Of a DNA stretch of 64,000 bases, positions 59,186 to 64,000 are shown piece after piece (within the stretch, counting starts at the first letter, position 1; each line of letters starts with the position of its first letter). The notes under the pieces are model-generated. The model did no database searches. It was not told where the DNA came from and worked only from the letters and a program-made list of their open reading frames with translations. The stretch is from Bacteroidota bacterium (GTDB lineage: Bacteria > Bacteroidota > Ignavibacteria > SZUA-365). The DNA is taken from the NCBI GenBank assembly GCA_014860565.1, contig JACZJN010000071.1, positions 1,184 to 65,183 on the forward strand. The letters run 5' to 3'. A program made the translations under genes and the position numbers.

Positions 59186-61786
59186 ATGATGCAACGGCGC
59201 CTTCTTCATTTATTGTTGTTATTCCCGTTACTGCTTCCGGTTCATCTCTCGGCGCAGGAAGGCCATTTCAATCCCCTTCCCACATTCGAGGACCGGGGAA
59301 TGCGCATCACCTTGTCGATGAAAGGGCAACTGGGGTATACGGCGACGAACGAACCCTTCGGGATGTTGTGGCCCGCGCCGTCGGTATCCGATTCCCGCGC
59401 GCGCGGACTCTGTTTCTCCGCGACACCGGTGCTCGCTGGCCGAGTGAACGGCGCACTCCGCGTATCGGCGAGTTATTACCGCGACAATTTCATCCCCGGA
59501 CCCATTTTCAGCGGAAAGCCGGTCACCAACCCCACCGATCCGTATTACCGCGCCTACACGGTAACGTGGATGCAGGAAAACGGCAGCGATTATCGCGACT
59601 GGCCGGTGGACCTCGGTGCGCCCGGCGTGGCGGAAGGAGAGCCGGAGTTCTACGGAAACTCGCAGATGTTCTGGGTGACGAATGATCTCGATACGACCGC
59701 CATGCGGCAGAACAATGGCTGTGATCCGATGGGAGTCGAAATGCGTTCCCTGCTCTACTCGCCCTGGGAGGGAGACGCGAGAGACAACACCCTGCTGCTT
59801 CAGGTCACCTACATCAACAAGGGAAAGGAAAACATTCGCGATGCGTATGCCGGATTTTTCATGGATACGGATTTGCGGGATGCGCTCAATGACCTGGCGG
59901 GATCTGATTCCGTTCGCGGGATGGTGTTTGCATACGACGGGCGCGTCGATGCGGTGCCGGACGGCATGCCCACGGCCTTCGGTATCGCAATGCTTCAGAC
60001 GCCCGCCGTCGCATCACCGGGAGACAGCGCGCGATGGTTCTCCGGATGGAAATCCGATGCACGGAACATACCCGTCACGGCAGCGGTCGTGCCGTTCAAG
60101 TGGCAAAGCACTCCCGTCAGCGAACCGGTGCTCGGCAAGGACGACACGGAGCAGTGGTATGCACTGATGCAGGGACGTGGAACGGATGTGGATGTTGTCA
60201 GTCCGCTCAGCGGAACACCGACACGCTTCTGGTACTCCGGCGACGTCGTGGCGGGCAGCGGCTGGCTGCCGCGTGACGGGATGAAGCTTGCCGACGGACA
60301 GATGTTTCCGCAGAGCGTGGGAGATCAGCGTGTGCTTATTTCAGCCGGGCCGTTCGATCTCGCTCCCGGCGACACGCAGCAGGTGACGTTTGCTTTCATC
60401 GCAGCCCGCGGCGCAACACCCCGCGCCGCAGTCCAGGAACTTCGCGACCGCGCCGATTTCTGGCGTGCCGATTTCCTGCGCCGCCCGATCGCGGCCGCCT
60501 ATCGCAGTATTGCCGTCCGTCCTCCCAGCTCGACGTCTCTCCCCGGCGTGATCGAGGTGAATGCGCGCATGAGTGGGATTCCGGTGGATATGCGCGTCGA
60601 AGTGACCGCTGCGGATGGAGCAGTGCTCACCGACGCGGCGATGGACCGCTTCGCTTCGCAGGGCGAGTGGGTGTACCGGAAAACCTTGACACTCGCCGAT
60701 GTCCTCCGTGACGGCGTGAATGTATCGTTCATCGCCGAGTGGAACGGGGAAACGATGCGCATTCCTGGCAGGGTTTCCCTGCCGGTGAGCGGCAGCATCG
60801 ACATGGATGGAATCGAAGTCCTCGAAGAAGGTGACGGAAACGGACGCATGGCGCTGGACGAGGACGCGAAGTGGTTTCCCCGTATCGTCAATCGTACCGC
60901 CTATGACTACGACATTCTCGCGCAATCCTACCAGATGCCGAATGCCCAGTGGCTCAACGCGCCCGGTCTTCCGGCAGGCGGGACGCTTCCCTCCGCGCAG
61001 CGGCCCTGGCAGCCGACGATGGGGTATGCCAGTTTCTGGGATGACTCACTCAGAATCACAGGCGACAGCATCGCGTACCGCTACGACCTTTTCGATCCTT
61101 TGCATAATGTCTGGTGGGAGCGGCAGAACTGGATTCCCGCTGACAGCACTGCCGACGAATGGTATGACGTGCTGATGACGCAGGTGCGCGGTTCGTCGGA
61201 CGAACGCCCGGGTGTGCGCCTGATCGATCTCGGGGTCCTGCAGGACAAATGGTACGTCGCATCGATTTCCGGCGTGGCCGGGATCTTCGACCGGCAGCTG
61301 GCGCTGCACGACTCCGCCACGGGCGTTCCGTATTTTTCCGACTACGGTCTCGACGTTTTCACCGGCGCCGTACCGGTGACGGACGGGTTCCGCGTAGTGC
61401 GCGGCACGATCGGGAAAGCCGGGCAGGGTGCCCATCCGGCGACAGCGGCGGATCTCTACATCTTCAATCCGCGGCACGTGCTGCTCGCACGCAGCCAGAA
61501 AGCCGCGGCGGATGCCGTCGTATCGCGTCCTTCCCCCATGCCGTTGACGGACTGGACTTCTATCACGATCGATCTTCCAGAACCATCCACCCTGCGTGCC
61601 GAGGTCTACAATCTCATCGGTCAGCGCGTCAAGGTGCTGCGCGACGAGGCGGTGCCCGCCGGCCGGCATCTTCTCGTGTGGGACGGCTACTGGTCCGACG
61701 GCCGCGCCGCCGAAACCGGAACCTACCTCCTCCGCATCCTCGCCCGGGGCTCCGAGGTCACGCGCAAAATTATGGTGATCCGGTAG
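59186..61786 (+). CDS. Large secreted protein of unknown function with T9SS/FlgD-like CTD
   Basis: Signal peptide; GPFDLAPGDTQ; VYNLIGQRV...WDG...GTYLLR...KIMVIR. Confidence 0.82.
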   Translation: MMQRRLLHLLLLFPLLLPVHLSAQEGHFNPLPTFEDRGMRITLSMKGQLGYTATNEPFGMLWPAPSVSDSRARGLCFSATPVLAGRVNGALRVSASYYRDNFIPGPIFSGKPVTNPTDPYYRAYTVTWMQENGSDYRDWPVDLGAPGVAEGEPEFYGNSQMFWVTNDLDTTAMRQNNGCDPMGVEMRSLLYSPWEGDARDNTLLLQVTYINKGKENIRDAYAGFFMDTDLRDALNDLAGSDSVRGMVFAYDGRVDAVPDGMPTAFGIAMLQTPAVASPGDSARWFSGWKSDARNIPVTAAVVPFKWQSTPVSEPVLGKDDTEQWYALMQGRGTDVDVVSPLSGTPTRFWYSGDVVAGSGWLPRDGMKLADGQMFPQSVGDQRVLISAGPFDLAPGDTQQVTFAFIAARGATPRAAVQELRDRADFWRADFLRRPIAAAYRSIAVRPPSSTSLPGVIEVNARMSGIPVDMRVEVTAADGAVLTDAAMDRFASQGEWVYRKTLTLADVLRDGVNVSFIAEWNGETMRIPGRVSLPVSGSIDMDGIEVLEEGDGNGRMALDEDAKWFPRIVNRTAYDYDILAQSYQMPNAQWLNAPGLPAGGTLPSAQRPWQPTMGYASFWDDSLRITGDSIAYRYDLFDPLHNVWWERQNWIPADSTADEWYDVLMTQVRGSSDERPGVRLIDLGVLQDKWYVASISGVAGIFDRQLALHDSATGVPYFSDYGLDVFTGAVPVTDGFRVVRGTIGKAGQGAHPATAADLYIFNPRHVLLARSQKAAADAVVSRPSPMPLTDWTSITIDLPEPSTLRAEVYNLIGQRVKVLRDEAVPAGRHLLVWDGYWSDGRAAETGTYLLRILARGSEVTRKIMVIR

Positions 61787-61818
61787 GATTCGATTCACGG
61801 GGAATCTCCGACTCGCAC

Positions 61819-61849
61819 GATATTGGGATATTGGGATATTGGGATATTG
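61819..61849. repeat. 8-nt tandem repeat (GATATTGG) x ~3.9 abutting a REP
   Basis: Read directly. Confidence 0.9.
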
Positions 61850-61876
61850 TAGGGGCGCAGCATGCTGCGCCCCTAC
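61849..61876. repeat. REP family B palindrome upstream of RAYT
   Basis: Exact 28-bp copy. Confidence 0.92.
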
Positions 61877-61952
61877 ACAACGGTTGAGGGTAATACAACA
61901 CGTCGGGAGTTTCATCGATTAGGGACCGTCATACAACAATAGGGAGAACACA

Positions 61953-62501
61953 ATGCCTCGACATCGTCGTCAATCAATGCGTTTGCGTGGATTCGATCAA
62001 TCCCTTCCGTTCATGTGCTTCATCACCATTCACACCCATGACAATCAACATCTCTTCGGTGCAGTTACAGATGCTGCGGTGATACATAGTGAGCTCGGTG
62101 TCATTGCGGTAAAATGCTGGCAGGAAATTCCGAGACACTTTCCCAACGTCAAACTCGATGAAATGGTCGTTATGCCGAACCATGTCCATGGGATATTGCA
62201 CATCGCTCCATCGAAGATTGTAGGGGCGCAGCATGCTGCGCCCCTACAAAGGCGTGGGGCGAACCTGACTCCCGGTACGATGGGTGTCATCGTGCGGTCC
62301 TATAAATCCGAAGTGACACGACAGGCACGCCAATGTCTGAACTCTCTGTCGGCGGTAATCTGGCAGCACAATTATCATGATCGCATCATCCGAGATGATC
62401 GCGCGTTATTCCACATGCGAAATTACATCCGATCGAATCCGGAACGGTGGGGTGCGTGCGGGACGGATGCTTCAGGATACACCACCCCCGACAGCCAGTA
62501 A
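61953..62501 (+). mobile_element. REP-associated tyrosine transposase (RAYT, Y1 HUH)
   Basis: RRQSMRL, VVMPNHVHGI (HUH), WQHNYHDRIIR, NYIRSNP (catalytic Tyr); adjacent REP; GGGAG RBS. Confidence 0.9.
62220..62247. repeat. REP family B palindrome in frame inside the RAYT gene (VGAQHAAPL)
   Basis: Exact 28-bp copy. Confidence 0.92.
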
Positions 62502-63394
62502 ATGACTCCTGCAGCCGCGATACCGAGAATGACGTCGATGGCGTAATGCGCCTGGATGTACACCGTCGCGGCGATGATGCCGAGGCCGGGAAGGAGGAAG
62601 AGCCAGAAGTACCGCCGTTGAAAGCGGAACGCGAAGACGAGGGTGAGCAGCGTCACGCCGGTGTGCATGGAGGGAACGCAGTCGCGTACGGCGGGATTGA
62701 GATTGGCGGCAAGAAAGGCCTGCACCCACGCGGTGATAGGCAGCAAGCCGTGCAGCACCGGAAGCTGATCGGCCATCCAGCGGCTGGGTCCGAGCGCCGG
62801 GAAGAGGGCGTAAGTAATCAGTGCACCGTACCATCCCATGATCATCGCGGCGAGCGCACGGCGGAAGTCGTCGCGCCGGTTGCCGCGGAACATCAGTATC
62901 ATCAGCACCGGCATGCCGAAGTAGTACGAGAAGTACGTCAGGTGCAGAAGATCCGTCAGCAGCGGATGCCCGTGATTTCCCAGCCATGCGACGGGATCCG
63001 TTCCGAACAGCGTGAGGTCGATGTGATGCAGGACGCTGTCGATGAGATATGTGGAAGAGGGACGCCCCGCCGTGACCATCGCGTGCAGCATCCCGTAGAT
63101 CGCCGGATAGAGAACAAGCGGGAGGAGATAGCGGACGAAGCTCGCGGTTCGAGGGAAGCGGACACGCTGTGCGAAGGCCAGCAGCCAGATCACGACGAAG
63201 AGGCCGGTGACTCGGGCGACCTCGGCGACATGCGCCGTGCTGCCGTGCACGAGAGCGTCGACGATCAGCAGGACGATCACACCGAGAGAGAAGGCGGCAT
63301 GGAAGGTGATCCACTGCCGGAGTGTGCGGTACGGCGCGGGTGATTCGTGCAGCGCCGTTTCCGCGGAAGGAGCCGGAGAGAATGCCCCGCTCAT
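62423..63394 (-). CDS. PAP2 family membrane protein (AUR1/IPC-synthase-like subgroup)
   Basis: PALGP, DCVPSMH, HYAIDV; ATGA overlap with the upstream stop. Confidence 0.85.
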   Translation of the reverse strand: MSGAFSPAPSAETALHESPAPYRTLRQWITFHAAFSLGVIVLLIVDALVHGSTAHVAEVARVTGLFVVIWLLAFAQRVRFPRTASFVRYLLPLVLYPAIYGMLHAMVTAGRPSSTYLIDSVLHHIDLTLFGTDPVAWLGNHGHPLLTDLLHLTYFSYYFGMPVLMILMFRGNRRDDFRRALAAMIMGWYGALITYALFPALGPSRWMADQLPVLHGLLPITAWVQAFLAANLNPAVRDCVPSMHTGVTLLTLVFAFRFQRRYFWLFLLPGLGIIAATVYIQAHYAIDVILGIAAAGVIYWLSGVVYPEASVPHAPHRSGFDRM

Positions 63395-63825
63395 TTCTCG
63401 CTGCTGTCCTGCGCCCAGCGCGTGATCGCGCCCCGATCCTCGGCACTGAGCTTGGCGTCGGAGTGGAGGAGCAGATACGACTGCAGTGGCATTTCTCCCT
63501 CCTCGACCTGTTCGATGATTTCCTGTTTCATGTGGTATTTCTTCTGCGCGTCCAGGGTTTCCCATTCGGAGAAATTCAGGCGTCGACGCCCGTCCGCGAC
63601 GTGTCCGCCGACCAGCCAGCCCATGGGATTGACGTAGCTGTACCAACGCCAGACGGTTTCGTTGGAGTGGCAGTCGTAGCAGGCGCGGCGGAACACGGCT
63701 TTGACCGCGGGAGGAGCGCTGATCTCTGCACGCACGGGGGGATTCGCATGGTCCGTCTGGAAGAACTGGATGATCACGAAAACCGCGAACAGGGCGGACA
63801 GAACCAGGCGGAGCGCGCGTTTCAT
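63391..63825 (-). CDS. Haem-binding domain (monoheme cytochrome c) protein
   Basis: N-terminal TM, ACYDCHSN, LNFSEW, GEMP..SY. Confidence 0.88.
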   Translation of the reverse strand: MKRALRLVLSALFAVFVIIQFFQTDHANPPVRAEISAPPAVKAVFRRACYDCHSNETVWRWYSYVNPMGWLVGGHVADGRRRLNFSEWETLDAQKKYHMKQEIIEQVEEGEMPLQSYLLLHSDAKLSAEDRGAITRWAQDSSEK

Positions 63826-64000
63826 TTTTCCTCCAGGATGCTGTTGTCGTCGATGCGCAGAACGGAGTCCTCCTCCGCCCGCAGGTGCACGTGTCCACGG
63901 CATACCACGCCGTCGCCGAAGCGCACGTCGCCGTCGATCCGCAGCGCGGCGCAATCGTTCAGCGACGGTGCGCCGTGCGGGAAATGCTTCACGAGCTGCG
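63822..64000 (-). CDS. C-terminus of a eukaryote-type UTP-glucose-1-phosphate uridylyltransferase (not in the ORF track)
   Basis: Manual translation QLVKHFPHGAPSLNDCAALRIDGDVRFGDGVVCRGHV...ILEEK*; ATGA overlap with the next gene. Confidence 0.7.
   Translation of the reverse strand, partial: QLVKHFPHGAPSLNDCAALRIDGDVRFGDGVVCRGHVHLRAEEDSVLRIDDNSILEEK

Noticed and set aside
63395-63898. N-terminal extension of the 491-aa PAP2 ORF
   Set aside because: It overlaps the haem-binding gene in another frame; ATG 63394 with an ATGA overlap is the better start.

Overview
GC-rich chromosomal housekeeping/accessory region of a diderm FCB-group bacterium. Seven proteins carry T9SS-type C-terminal sorting domains, while Shine-Dalgarno sites and TTGACA promoters are also used, which fits an Ignavibacteria/Kapabacteria-like lineage (inference). 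About 50 CDS are present: many exported peptidases (M2/M3-like, S15, S46, two S8, S9, an M16 pair, rhomboid), lgt, ndh, gmhA, class I fumarase, ispG, pgk, a gap gene with a 1-nt frameshift, a metH lacking its N-terminal half, and a miaB/sigma54-activator/lptE cluster. I saw no rRNA, tRNA, CRISPR or prophage. The most notable unannotated signals are: (1) a self-contained ~80-nt candidate sRNA gene at 25821-25901 (-) with a consensus sigma54 promoter, tandem enhancer-like sites and a terminator; (2) a T9SS-tagged temptin-like protein with a CxxCH heme motif; (3) a RAYT (Y1 HUH) gene with two families of perfect 28-bp GTAG...CTAC palindromes, one copy inside its own coding sequence, and REP doublets bracketing a secreted hydrolase gene; (4) nested inverted-repeat elements at 58-59 kb; (5) an Rrf2 regulator with a histone-H1-like tail divergent from the half metH. 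All family calls come from motif recognition by eye; no database searches were run.
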